Positions 35,194-48,019 of a DNA stretch of 64,000 bases are shown in pieces. This stretch comes from Ginglymostoma cirratum (lineage: Eukaryota). The notes beneath the pieces were generated by a model. That model was given only the letters and a program-made list of their open reading frames with translations, did no database searches and was not told the origin of the DNA. Positions within the stretch are counted from its first letter, which is position 1; each line of letters begins with the position of its first letter. The position numbers and the translations under genes were made by a program. The DNA lies in assembly GCA_024137785.1 (NCBI GenBank), contig JAHRHZ010000111.1:28653329-28717328 (forward strand), read 5' to 3'.

Positions 35194-36024
35194 TCTAGCC
35201 TTGTGTGTCCGCCTACCATTCACATGGCAATAGTGAGCCTAACCTCTGTCCATTAATTGGTCTGATCCTGAAAAAGCAGTCCACTCTAATGCAGTGTGGG
35301 GCTGGGAACGACAGGGTCTCCTAACATCTCATTCCCAACATCAGAAGAAAATTAGACCTTGCTTGTCTTAGCACTCACTGACATACTGTCTGCCTGGATG
35401 CTCACAGCAACCATGCTTTGCCTTGTCTTGCCGTACCTATTAGTACGGTCTCACAATCAGGCTTTTTGATTTGCTGGTTGACAGTTTGCAATCAAGGGAA
35501 CAGACATCTTGCTGCAAACACCGTGTAGGTTTAATTTCACTCCTCTTCCATACGCCTGGAGCTTACGTGGTGAAAACACTGCATACGCAGCCAGCATTGT
35601 CTTAGCAGATGGCCAGGAAATGGTCTGTATCGCCATTGTTGTGAGTTTAAGGTCAGGCTTGAGTACAAACTCGTTATAATGGAACACAAATTCCTGTCCA
35701 CTTTGATGAATGCTACTGAAACAATGACTGCATGAGAGCTTCAAGGCTTGATTGATTAAAATGTTGCAAAGAGATTGGCCTCACAGCGTGTGTGATCCAA
35801 TGGGAGAGAGAGAGAGTGAAGCGTGTAGCTGCAGTCAAGCAATCCAAAGAGAAACTGCCTTTGAGAGAGCTGAAGCTTTCTTCTGATGTTGGGAATGAGA
35901 TGTCAGGAGAACCTATGGTTCCCAGCCCCACAGTGTATCGGAAGTGGACTGCTTCATCAGTGTCAGGCCAATTAATGGACAGAGGTTGTGTAGTATGAGT
36001 AGTAGGTGGACACCCAAGGCTGGA
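35194..36024. repeat. Long diverged inverted repeat (arms about 35194-35350 and 35877-36024)
   Basis: aacctctgtccattaattgg...catctcattcccaacatcagaagaaa is mirrored by tttcttctgatgttgggaatgagatg...ccaattaatggacagaggtt. Confidence 0.85.
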
Positions 36025-37294
36025 CGGTCGATAAGCAGCCCTGCAGTACTGAGATCAGCAGGATAACTGATGAGCAACTGCATGGGTCTGCACGCTGACT
36101 GGTAACCATGTGTAATCACTGCCTCCCCACAAGCCCCCACCCACTCATCCAGCCTTTCCAAAAATGGCCAGTAGACATCTCACTAGGAAGCACACCTACA
36201 TTCCTGCCTCCTATCAGGCTTTCAGTAGAGGAACAATATATTTACAATGTTAGACCTGTAGTTCACAGATCAGACGGTGTGAATGCTTTTTAATCCCTTC
36301 GGAAATTATTTTATCACAGTTTAAAATGTTGTGCTCTAATTCAACCCATGATTTAGCAATTTAGCTCATTTTAGTCATGAATAAACTTCAACAATGATTA
36401 TGTTTAAACGAGTATTACTGAAGCTGGGCAACTTACCAACTCTCATTCAAAATTAGATAATGACAACATCATCACTGTCTGAATCAAAAATACTTTCTAT
36501 TACTACAGATCCCTTTCATTGCATTAAGAACAAAGAGATTTGCTTATGATTTAATGCCACACTTCACTAGTTAGTGCAGAAAACAGTGACACTTCTTCAA
36601 CTGATCTTTGAAGGCTTGGCACTTAAAAAGATCTATTCACCAACCTGGGAGATTGCCATCATTCCTTAAGCAACAGCAAATATCATGTGGAAGTTTGAAC
36701 TCTGTACCCCCCAGTGCTTACACACAGCAAGGGTAGCTGGCAGCTTTAACATTGGGAAGTGTGAAGAAAAAAGAGTTATGGTGCTAATACAACAGGAAGT
36801 CTCTGTGTTCCAACTTTCTTACTGTTGCTGCTACACTCCCATTGATTTATAGCAGGCTAAAGTAAAATTCTTTGTATAGTCAAGGTGTTTCAAGTTTCCT
36901 TCCAAAACTCTGACAATTCACTGGAAAACTGCCTGTAGAATTTCAGATTCAGAGATACTTCTTGACTGGCGTTTCTGTCTTATCTCAGTTCAAATTGGAG
37001 TGCTCTTCCCATCCAATACCATCAGTTTATGTAGCCGATAATTGTCCTCAATTCTACATTTTACTCTTTTCCCTCTTTCAACATTTATTAGCTCAATCTT
37101 TCATTCTTTTCTCTGTCTCCTAGTTTAATGACGGTACTTCTTCAAATAATTGCTTCACTACCCCCTACAAAACATCACATACCATTGGCCTTTCTTTCCT
37201 TTTCTTCTTCCCATCACGTTCTCTATTTTTCTCTTGGCTCTTTATTTCCTTTAGCCTTTCCTATTATTCTCCAACAACTGTTACCTGTGTTCAC

Positions 37295-37385
37295 AAACAA
37301 AAGTAGAAATAGTTGGAAAAGCTCAGCAGATCTGGCAGCAGTGGAGAGTTAACTTTTTGGGTCCAGTGACCCTTCCTAAGAACTG
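37295..37385 (-). mobile_element. PLE terminal-repeat fragment (family B)
   Basis: ggaaaagctcagcagatctggcagc...gagttaac...gggtccagtgacccttcct; ribozyme core mutated. Confidence 0.75.
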
Positions 37386-37706
37386 CTTTTTATTTTATAC
37401 CTGAAAGTAACTCTAGCCACTGCACACATAGTGGGTAGGAGTTTCTCTTCCTGTGGTGTTAAGGGGCCAAAGGCTGAGGTTCTGCCAAAACATGGACTTT
37501 GGCATGTATGATTCTGAAGTTAAATATACCCTTACCAGAGAAAGAGGTATAAATGCTTTACACTGCCCTAACCCCAGCCATCCCACCCTCAATAATTCAA
37601 TTTGAAATTTTTCCATCATTCTCACAAACCACCTAGTTTTGTCTCAGTGGCATTGTGAACAATTGAATATGAACCATTCTTGTATTGTAGACTTTGTTCA
37701 AAATCT

Positions 37707-37885
37707 ATTCTCAGGATGTGGATGACAGTGGCAAGGCTAGAATTGCTTGTTCATTCCTAGCTGCCCTGAGATTGACACAGTGGCTTGCCAGGCTATTTCA
37801 GTCATCAAAAGTTCAGTCATGTTGGTGTGAGGCTGGAGTCACATATAGGTCAGGACAGGTTGGGATCTCAGACTTCCTTCTCCAA
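37707..37885 (-). mobile_element. Decayed SlmI-like SINE 3' half
   Basis: Antisense of the tail and core (ggatgtggatgac...ctgccct...ctggagtcacatatagg). Confidence 0.55.
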
Positions 37886-38120
37886 AGCAGAATTTCGACT
37901 CCTTTTTGATCTGCGGCTCTTCTCCCATCTCATAAGAATTTCACTTCAATACGACTAAAGAATATTTCTTCTGTATGTTTAGAGTTTTACGACACAATTA
38001 AACCCGCAGCTTTTCCAGCTATAAGAGATAAAAGGTACTGCAGATGCTGGAGAATCTGAGATAACAAGCATGGGGCTGGATGAACACAGCAGGTCAAGCA
38101 GCATCATAGGAGCAGGAAAA

Positions 38121-38154
38121 CTTGACGTTTCGGGCCTAAACCCTTCATCAGAAA
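38121..38154 (-). ncRNA. Minimal hammerhead ribozyme motif (left copy)
   Basis: Identical to 26488-26521 on the minus strand. Confidence 0.65.
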
Positions 38155-38176
38155 AACTTTTTGGGTCCAGAAACTT

Positions 38177-38210
38177 TTTCTGATGAAGGGTTTAGGCCCG
38201 AAACGTCAAG
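38177..38210 (+). ncRNA. Minimal hammerhead ribozyme motif (right copy)
   Basis: tttctgatgaagggtttaggcccgaaacgtcaag. Confidence 0.65.
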
Positions 38211-38217
38211 TTTTCCT

Positions 38218-38617
38218 NNNNNNNNNNNNNNNNNNNNNNNNNNNNNNNNNNNNNNNNNNNNNNNNNNNNNNNNNNNNNNNNNNNNNNNNNNNNNNNNNNN
38301 NNNNNNNNNNNNNNNNNNNNNNNNNNNNNNNNNNNNNNNNNNNNNNNNNNNNNNNNNNNNNNNNNNNNNNNNNNNNNNNNNNNNNNNNNNNNNNNNNNNN
38401 NNNNNNNNNNNNNNNNNNNNNNNNNNNNNNNNNNNNNNNNNNNNNNNNNNNNNNNNNNNNNNNNNNNNNNNNNNNNNNNNNNNNNNNNNNNNNNNNNNNN
38501 NNNNNNNNNNNNNNNNNNNNNNNNNNNNNNNNNNNNNNNNNNNNNNNNNNNNNNNNNNNNNNNNNNNNNNNNNNNNNNNNNNNNNNNNNNNNNNNNNNNN
38601 NNNNNNNNNNNNNNNNN
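38218..38617. other. Assembly gap (400 N)
   Basis: Run of N. Confidence 1.
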
Positions 38618-41225
38618 CATCCAGCCCCATGCTTGTTATCTCAGCTTTTCCAGCTACTTCTGTTTTTATATCTATTATTTATGTTGTGCTTACTGCTATC
38701 CTCCAGTTTTCTTTTCTCTTTCTGGGGCCAAGGTGGTGTTATTTTCCCAAACCACAACCCACCTCCTGCTGATCATAGACAACTTAAGTAAATATCCTTC
38801 CAATTTCCAATTTTGTTGTTAAGCAAGCACCTTTGTATAAATGCATCTATTTTGTAAATATGGTACTAGATAACTCTTATCCTCAATGATATAGCATATC
38901 CAATGTTGCAAATGCACTTGTGGAGTTGAAATTATATTTTAAAACATGCAATATCTTACCAGAATTTTAATCCCTCTTGGGAGAGAGCATGGGTGTGGGC
39001 ACATGTGGAAATTTGTGTCAGCAATTAATGTGCCACTATGTAGGCACCATCCCAGCCTGGGCCATTGACCTGAGGATAGAAGAAAGAGCACCAGGGCTAT
39101 CTGCCCACAAGAACCAGTTAAGGCTTCTTGAAAAGGTCCGTAAGATCTGTTGTCAGAGCCTAAATAGATTTTCCAGTCAGATTCCTTTGTGCAGAGGAAT
39201 CAGGGTCGAGGCTAGCTGCCGAGATGCAATGTCCCCATTATTGATTTGAGTAGCAGTGGTCAGCAGTCCAGGCAAACTTTGAAATTCTCCCACCCACGTG
39301 GTTTCAGCTACAGCCAGAAGTCTCTGCAGGTCACCCCAGCTCCACAACGGGGGATTCATCTTTCATATGGAAGTTGAACTGACAGTGCCTCCATCTAGAG
39401 GCACTTTCTTTCTCTCAAACCTGAAAAATCAAGCTGCTGCTTCTTCTAGAGTCTCCTATTGGTCATCCTGCTTCCAGGACCCTTGTACTAATTGTTCATT
39501 GGTCATTGTTTCCCCCAGAGTGCACCATTCTAGGCCTTATGGTGCCAACGTCAAGGACGAGCCTAAAGGACAACATCTTGCTCATAAAATAGTGTCCAAA
39601 TATTGGGCTTTTGTGCAATAGATGTCACCATCGCTTGTCTAACACTTGCCAGTTGTTACATTACGAACATAGAAACCAACTTTGCAAATGACAAGGATTG
39701 CCAACTGCTCTAATTTCCCACTCTTCAAGTTCTCTCTTCATGTGCTGTGTTGAAAAATCAACTATTGTCACAGCCTTGCACACGCCCGGACAGGTTTATT
39801 TCATTCTTTTTCCACACTTTGACCAAAGTTTTTACAAACACATAAGAGTCTGAGATTCTTGTTCATTTTTACCAATGACATCCTTTGATGAGTAAGGTAT
39901 CTCTCCCACCACTCAACCCAATACAAATTCTTGCCAATCTTTACTTATTTTTGGCAGTGCCTTTCAAATCCATTGGTGGAACATTAGGGGCGTACACCCC
40001 TCCGGTTCAGAACCATTAATCAAAAGGGCCTGTTAACCAGTTTTTGGGGCAACTATCTGATAGATTAGTGATTGCCTTTGCTGATACTATTTCCAAATTT
40101 TAAAGCTGAATGGAAATTTTCAAATAACCTTTCTGTTACTTAAAATTCTCAATCTCTACATGACTGGCTGGGTAACAAAACAGCGATGTGATAATGTTCA
40201 GACACCGTTCAAACTCCTTTTACCTAAACAATTAAACTGGCAAGTAAAGAGAACGAGTTCATTCTATCACTCTGGCTGAGACAACAGTGATGCTAATAAT
40301 ACGTTGTTTTCTCAGTTAAGTGTCAGTTGAGTCAGGTTCTTTCGAGAAATTTCACTGCAAGTCCTCATGGGTTGGCTTGCCTTACCCGAACAAAGTTGCC
40401 ATATTAACCACCTAACCTGACCCCTGCAGCATCCCTCTTATCCAATTCTACCCCTATCTTCCCATGCCCCTGTCCCAGAAAAGCTTGCCAGTCAATGGAT
40501 ATCCTGGATTTGATCCTGGAGCCACCTGCCATCTTTAAAATCTGGCTGGGTATCCAGACAAACACTGCCAGTCCAGAGCTGCCCTGCACAGTTCCTGACA
40601 TTTGCCTCAGACAAAGCAGACAAGAGAAATTGGGTGCCCGGCTTTGTGGGCAGGGGTCTGGATGTCCTGCTGGATGGGTGGGTACACAGGTTCCTCTTTT
40701 CTCAGGCCCAGCAGCCACGACACCAGACCATGCCAGACTGCTCCGAGGATGCCACCTAATCAGTGCAGTGTAGAGGAATTCACAGCTCCACCATCTTCTC
40801 TCCAATACCTCGCTCTTTCACTGCTGCCTTCCCCACCTCTTACCAAAGGTACATGCTCGATCACGCCCAGTGCTGACACAGCCATCTTCCCTCCTTCGCC
40901 ATCATCCCACCCTAACCCATGGCCACACTCACCTGGCAGGCCTTCTGAGCTGCCTATTCACTCACTGGGGACACCTTCCCACCTGCACCAACAGTAAATG
41001 CTGTGCCACCCACCTCCCCCCTCCCCACTAATACCTACCTCTCTCTCAATAGGACCTAACAAATCAAGACCAGTGGTCGGCATTCCAGCCTTCTTCAGTA
41101 TGAGGACAACATCGTTATTCTGACCACTCTGAGTGGCTGACCATTTCCAAGCCTCTGGACTGATAGTGGAAAATGTCCTTGACTTACTATTGGGACCTCC
41201 TGTCTGAAGGCTACTTCCCTTCAAT

Positions 41226-41470
41226 TAGAGTCATACAGTCATACAGCACAGAAGGAAACCTTTTGATCCAACTCATCTGTGCCGGTCAGATATCCCAATC
41301 TGACCTAGTCCCATTTGCCAGCATTTGGCCCATATCCCTCTAACCCCTTCCTATTCATATACCCATCCAGATACCTTTCAAATGTTGTAATTGTACTAGC
41401 CTCCACCACTTCTGCTGGCAGCTTGTTCAATACATGCACCACCCTCGGTGTGAAAAAGTTACCCCTCAGG
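41226..41470 (-). mobile_element. CR1/HER1 LINE 3' end
   Basis: LRGNFFTPRVVHVLNKLPAEVVEA...GPNAGKWD*. Confidence 0.92.
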
Positions 41471-44400
41471 CCTTGACTGAGGCCTGTAGACAGCTGTGAC
41501 ATACTTCCTGTCTTTGTGCCTGCACTAAACAGCTTGAAAGCACTGGGACACTGTTATTTCTGGCTGCGAGGGACCAAGGTACATAAAGGCTAGAAATGCA
41601 AGGTAGGGATGCTTTGAAAATTGGGATAAGCTCAGAGCCATTGAACAAGACCTCTGACAGCAAATGAAGGGCTCAAAGATACAGTCTGGTCCAGTGCATG
41701 AACTGGGGGTTTATCCCTAAGCGTAAAATGTCCTTGCTGCAGCACCCCAATGTTAGGTGCCAGTGTCACTGTATGTTTGAATCCATATAGCTCTGGTACA
41801 CTCTCAAACTGGGCAAAATTTTCTCTTCAAGGGATTTCAGCGGGCAATATCAATAGGTCAGGAAAATTGATGCTTGGAAAATAAAAGGGAAAGAAACTTA
41901 TATTGTAGTGAATTCCACTGAAAGGCATTTTGTTGATAGCAGACAGTGAGAGACAGAAAGAAAGTGACAGTGATGGAAATTACAGGTCAGTGGTGCCCTC
42001 CAGCAACACATGAACCAAACCTCACACTAAAGCTGGTCAAAGCGCACAATGTGATATTAACAGATTATTGATCATGTTTGACCTTTGCCCACCATGAGGC
42101 TTACTCCTCATGACCTGCGGTTCAATCTGGACAGAGCTCTTTTCATAGAGATTATCATTCCGGAATGCAAATAACAAGGTCCATAGTATGCTGCAGCATT
42201 AACTGTGTAAAGCAACTGGGGAATATGGAGGTGAAAATTAATCTTATAAAGCTTCTGCTGTCTTGTCAAATGCAGGTGGCTGGATCTGCTCTAAAAGCTA
42301 TACAGTGTAGCCACCCAGAATGAACTCTGATCCCTTTTGAAAATGGACAAAAACTATTTGAACTGTTGATAGATTCGGGTAATCAAACTTGGGCTTGGGC
42401 ATTTATTTCCTGCCCATGTTTCCATACGACATGGGAGACTTTCAACTGGGTAAACAGAAAATGTTTGGCAATTTTCTTGAAAGTGTCATGAACACACAAA
42501 ACAATGATGCACATTGATTGCAAACATATTCTTTCACCCTCCGTGCATGATGATTCAAATGACCTCTGGCATCAATGCTGTTTCACAGCTCCTACTGCTA
42601 GAAGTAATTCCAGCTGTTGTGTACTCTGGACAGAAATTCCTGTTCTTCCAGGTGGGAGTGGGATTAAGGGAGTCCCATGGACACATGCTGAGATTTGCTG
42701 AGTTAATTTGATTCTCCCCGAACTCCCTGCTGTCAGCTTGCTACCTCCACGACCTTGGAGTCATCAAATGGTATTTCTATTTCCATTTCCATTCCAGAGG
42801 TCTGAACACAGATAATAACGTAACACCGAGAGCAAGTTGCAACTTTGGGAGCTCTGCCTACTGGAATGATCTCCTACAACCCATCCAGATGAAAGATTAC
42901 ATAGCACTATTTGAATTTGAGGAGGGTATTTTCCTCATGTCCTAGCAATCAACCAAAGAAACAGTCTCCAGTACAAGATTACTACATTGAAGAAAACTTA
43001 ACAGAGGAGAAGTGCAAATGGAATGGCAAGGGAATCCCCTGGCCTCCTCAAAGTCCAGAGGAGCATGCCTCCCAGTCCACAAACAACCAAATAAAATGTT
43101 AAAAGCATAACCTTTGTCCTTGACTGCTCTACCTGACTGTGTTGTCCTACCAGGAAAACCATCAGCGCTTTATCCCTCAAGCCTCATGTTAAAATAAATT
43201 AGGCCAGAATGTCATCAGAGTCTGATTTGCATACTTAAACAGGACAGCGCTGTTTTGTTGAAGGCAGCCTTTCTGGCCACCATTCATAATTGAAATTGAG
43301 TAAAACGATGCAACAATGGAGTGGGCTCCATTTATCTTCTGCCCTGTGCTTGGTTTTTGCCAGGCGTTAAAGCCGAGTCAAAATCTGTTAAGGCTGCAAT
43401 TCTGAGCTTGGTATCTTTCCTTTCTTTTAAATCTGTGATGTAAATTTTTACACCAGTGCAATTAGGAAGGTCTTGATGACAACTGTTTACATGATGCAAA
43501 TTGCTGCAAATTATCACAGTGGGTTTCCATTTTAATCTGCATTAAAATTAATTTGCTTGTGCTTGAATACATTCTAAAATTGCCCTAAATTAGAAACGAT
43601 CTCTTGTCTTATCGTCAAGTCAAACATTAGATGTGATGCAGCATTGCTTTGATCCCTATAAATGTAGAAGAGTGGAAATCTGATAGGAGAGTGGTAGAGC
43701 TATTTTAGTATTGAATATAATTCAGGATTTTTGAGATTTCCACACATTAAACGTGAGATATAATAGATCAGTGGAGCTTTGACAGTCTATGGATTCTGTG
43801 TACATGAAACCATTTAACAAAAAATTAACTTTTACATACGCTTGGCAGGACGGTGGGAAAATGATGGAATGCAAAACTATCTGCTTCCAAGGAGTTAAGG
43901 TCAAATTTATACTTTACCCCGTGCTGCTGACCACCTATTATTTTTCCTCACAAGACAGAAATTGATGCGTTAGACCCTCTGAAGAAATAAAACCACTCAC
44001 ACCACATGTGTAGACCATGGATAGCTGAGCCTACTAACCCCATCCCCCAACATCCACCCACCCACTTCCCCCCACCCCCCACCACCATTCTGAGCATGCA
44101 TTTAAAAAAACACATAAATCCACCACTACATTTCAGCCCCATATGTTTTCTAAAGTCTCCTACAATGATTTTATGTGCTTGTTTCTCTCCATCCCTCTCC
44201 CACAGGAACATTGTGTTCCCCTCTCTGCTCCGTGTTTCTCTCACATTGTCCAATCCACACCCAGATTTTGGGCCTTAAAGCACAGTAAAGTAAAATCCCA
44301 GCAGATGATTTACTCCATTAGGGTGTTTGCATGTCAAAGGTCACATTCTGGACAGCAGCAGTAAGTGGTAAAAAGGAACATCCAGCAGTTCATTAAAGCA

Positions 44401-44864
44401 AGAGTGTAACAAGGGATGTTCTTTTAAAAAATCAATTAAATTGAATAAGAGGCAAGAAAACATGGTCCAGGAAAGGATTTGAGACACAGCAGTTTATCTG
44501 ATTTGAGAAAAATTGCACAAGTTTGTTGATTTACATGAACTTCCATTATCTCAAAGATTCATAATGTTCTAACTGATTTTTTTATTCGTCCAGGTTTTCC
44601 TGTCAAAGTAGCTACAAAAATAAAGGCTTTGTTGTTATGTTTGCAAAGAGGCTACAGTCACTTTAGGCAAGGTTAGACGCATGGCGGAACACCAATATCC
44701 AAAGTCCGACATCTAATACTCCGCCATCAGCTTCATGAAAACACAATGTCACTACATACTTCACCAATGACATGTACTGAAGAGGATGAAATTACTATTT
44801 TCATCATTGATACAAACAACACTCACCACATAAACTCAAGTCCTGTCATTTCAGCCTAAGTACC

Positions 44865-45120
44865 TTTCAGAAAGGAGATGAGGAGGAATTTCTTCAGACA
44901 GAGGATGGTGAATTGTGGAACTCATCATCACAGAAGGCCATGGAGGCCAAGTTATTGAGTGTCTTTAAGGCAGAGTTGGATAGGTTCTTGATTGGTAAGG
45001 AGATGGGGTGAAGACAGGAGAATGGGGTTGAGAAACATATGAAACATGATCAAATGATGGAGGAGACTCAATAGATCAAAATGCCTAATTTTGCTCCTTT
45101 ATTTAATGGTGCTGTGGTCT
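44865..45120 (+). mobile_element. CR1 LINE 3' end
   Basis: gagatgaggaggaatttcttc...gatggtgaattgtggaa...gataggttcttg is similar to 18181-18430. Confidence 0.8.
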
Positions 45121-45344
45121 TTACACAACCTGATGAGTGTTAATTATTGCCAAAAAACCTAACTAGTGCTGAGAATTAATTTTTACAAGTGTGGAATCTC
45201 ATGCCTTTGTGTGTTAAGAATTGTTAGAGATTTTAAAAGCTGTAAACTTTACAATTAAACTTGACTTTGTCTTTCTTTTTGCCCCTTAACTTATAATCAA
45301 ATCTTTCTTTCCTTCCTTTTAGTTAATTTTGAATGTCAGCTGTA

Positions 45345-45680
45345 AGTCAGATGGTAATACACTACCCTCAGGGTCAGAAGGACTTGAGCAAAAAGGAAAG
45401 AAATATCAGTTGAAACCTCAGTCCCATATTCAGGAATTGCCACTATCAGAGCTCCTGTCTTTTGTTAAACCAGAAGTCCCCTCTGACCTCGGTGGTGGGC
45501 TTTTGTGAGTCCTTGGCAATATTGAGGGGTGTTATTGAAAGTGCCTTGGCCAGTATTTATCTCTCAATCAATATCATGTAAACAGGTTATCTGGTTGTAT
45601 CACATTGCAGTTCGTGGAAGTTTGCTGTGTATAAATTGGTTGCCAGTCTTCTACTTTACAGTGACTGCTCTTCATTCAGG
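45345..45680 (+). mobile_element. Deu-domain SINE (SacSINE1/AmnSINE-like)
   Basis: tggccagtatttatctctcaatcaa...ttatctgg...cacattgc...aaattgg matches 32390-32480. Confidence 0.7.
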
Positions 45681-46044
45681 AGTTTGTCAGGTGAGAGGGT
45701 TCCAGCTATTTTCCTAATAACGCAAAATTCTAAATACTCTGGCTGCTAGTATCAATGTGCTAAGATCCATCACCTTTATGGTGAGCTGTGTCCACCAATG
45801 GTCTGCAAAGCTGTTTGCCCCAGAATTTCATAAGTAAGCTCATTGTCCTGTCCACAAGTGGTGCAATAAATCCAGTGCACAATGGGGCAATGTGTTTGAT
45901 GTCCTGGAATGAATGGAAATGCAACCTTCAAAGCCACCAAATGTTAAATCTGTGCACCAGTAACAAAGAGAATAGCGACCAACTTGCTGCCAGACTCTTG
46001 TTGATGAATCTTTTCAACCCAGTTGTTATCAGGCATTCAAGCAA

Positions 46045-46137
46045 GAGGAAAGGGTCACAGGACCCGACATGTTAACTCTGGTTTTTTATTCATAGATGCT
46101 GCCAGACCTGCTGGGCTTTTCCAGTTAATTCTGTTTT
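46045..46137 (+). mobile_element. PLE terminal-repeat fragment (family B)
   Basis: gggtcacaggacccgacatgttaactctg...gatgctgccagacctgctg. Confidence 0.75.
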
Positions 46138-47382
46138 GCTCCATGTAAGCAAGAGTACAGCAATCGTTATTTCACTGTCCCTTTGGAGGTCATCTCGCTG
46201 CTGCCTGGTATCGTCCCTTGGGAATGCAACCGAAATGAACAATACTATAGTTCAGAAGCTGCATTACCCACACAGTCGGCACACTATACCCCTCCCTAGT
46301 GAAATCAGATCAAGTACAAAATAATGATTATTTATCTGAGATGAACCATCTAAACAGCAAAAGGACATTAAACCGATTAGTGTGATTATGTTCATGTTAC
46401 ATTTTGAGAGCATGCCGTCCTCCTACATTTAGATGTTTTCGTCTCTCCATTCTCTTGTAGGCCAATTGGAGGCTGACTTTGAAAATAGAAGCCATGTCCT
46501 TGGAAGACCATCAATTTCAAGGGGTTATTGTGGGCAAACGAAAAATTGCCTCAAGTCATGCGTCAGTAAATGATGGTAAATTTTGTATATTATGGGCGAT
46601 AACGTTGCAACCTAATTTAACAGCCAAAGAGAAGGAATCTAAGAGAACTCTTAAGGGCAACAGAGGAAGGAGCAGTAAAGTGACAAATTAGGAAATTTAG
46701 TAAAACTGGAGTCTTTCTATCGTTGGTTGGTGTTTTCTGCCGTATGTGCAGACCAAATGCTTGCACTACACCAAAATTGTAGAATTACATTAATTAAATG
46801 ATTAAAATGTTGTTTCTATCTTTATGGAACAGTATAAGTCTCAATGAGATCCCAATTGGTATATGTAACAGATGCTTGTTTTAACACACTTTCCATTTCA
46901 CTACCAGACTGCTACAATAATCACACCACTGTTATAAGTTTCAAGTTTATTAAATAACTTTATTCATTTTGACATAGCATGCACTATGCATTATCGTGGG
47001 GTCAGAGCAATAACGGTGTCACTCGAAATCCTGGAAATGAGAGAAGGGGAAGGGAAAAGTGAAAAGAGATAAGAGTGACTGGCAAAGGAAAGCATGAAAA
47101 AGTAAACAAAGACAAAGTGGAATAACAAAGTTAAAGAGGAAAAATAACGGGAAATAAATGACACCATGGTGAAGGGCAGAAAGATAAGTAGTAAGGAGCC
47201 ATATCAGCAGCAAATATACAGAAAGAGATCACTCCAATTTGGCAGCATAGTAACGAAGTATATTGCTTAAGACCCAAAGAAATGTGGGATGATCTAAATC
47301 CTTCTAGAGCCAAAGCAGATATTACATCCTTCTGGGCTAATTGCTCCTGGTTGTCTATTGAAATGTGTCAAATGTCACAGGA

Positions 47383-47502
47383 CACTTGATGAAGGAGCAG
47401 TGTTCCAAAAGCTTGCAATTACAAATAAACCTGTTGGCCTACAACCTGGTGGTGTGTAACTTCTAATTTTGTCCACCCCAGACCAACACTGACACCTCCA
47501 CA
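47383..47502 (+). mobile_element. PLE terminal repeat (third family) with decayed hammerhead core
   Basis: ttgatgaa-ggagc-agt-gttcc-aaaagctt followed by aataaa: CUGAUGA/GAAA core mutated, helix II retained. Confidence 0.55.
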
Positions 47503-47539
47503 TTACTGAAACTTGAGCAGGGGGCAAAAAAGAAAATTT

Positions 47540-47680
47540 GCAGGAGCAGTCTCACAACAACACTGTCAGCATCTGAACTACAGTTGTTCAAGAAGGTGGC
47601 TCACCACCACTTTCTCAAGTGCAGTTAGGGATGGTCAACAAATGCTGCCAAGTGACACCCATATCTCATTAAAGGGAAAA
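47540..47680 (+). mobile_element. LINE 3' fragment (family of 32820-33198)
   Basis: gttcaagaaggtggctcaccaccactttctcaag...agggatgg. Confidence 0.7.
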
Positions 47681-48019
47681 AAAGAAGAAAAAAGAAAGGG
47701 CAAAAAGAGACAAAAGAAGGCGGGTCTCTCAGCCAGTTAAGGCTGCAGCCTCAGCTGAGTCAAATAATGATCTAGTTCCACCTCACTGGAAGGCCAAACA
47801 TTTGAATTGGCTAGATGTCGTGATGGAAGTTTGAGTTCATGTTGGTCCCTCCACTTGGCATTATTTGGTGACTCCACATTGTCCGTAGCGGGCACAACTC
47901 TGGAATTATTGAGACGGAACAGCAGGAAAAGGTAATAGGATGTTTTGTTGACTAGGAGAAATATTGTTACTGCAATCTTCTCATTAGAAGAGAATCTGTT
48001 ATCTCCCAGCTCCAACCAG

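Larger units (their letters stand above)
38025..38670. mobile_element. Young foldback pair of family-A PLE repeats spanning a gap
   Basis: Perfect 43-bp inverted arms at 38114-38156 and 38175-38217. Post-gap 38618-38644 mirrors 38056-38082. Confidence 0.85.

Noticed and set aside
38148-38791. ORFs of 142-203 aa
   Set aside because: Artefacts of reading through the N gap.
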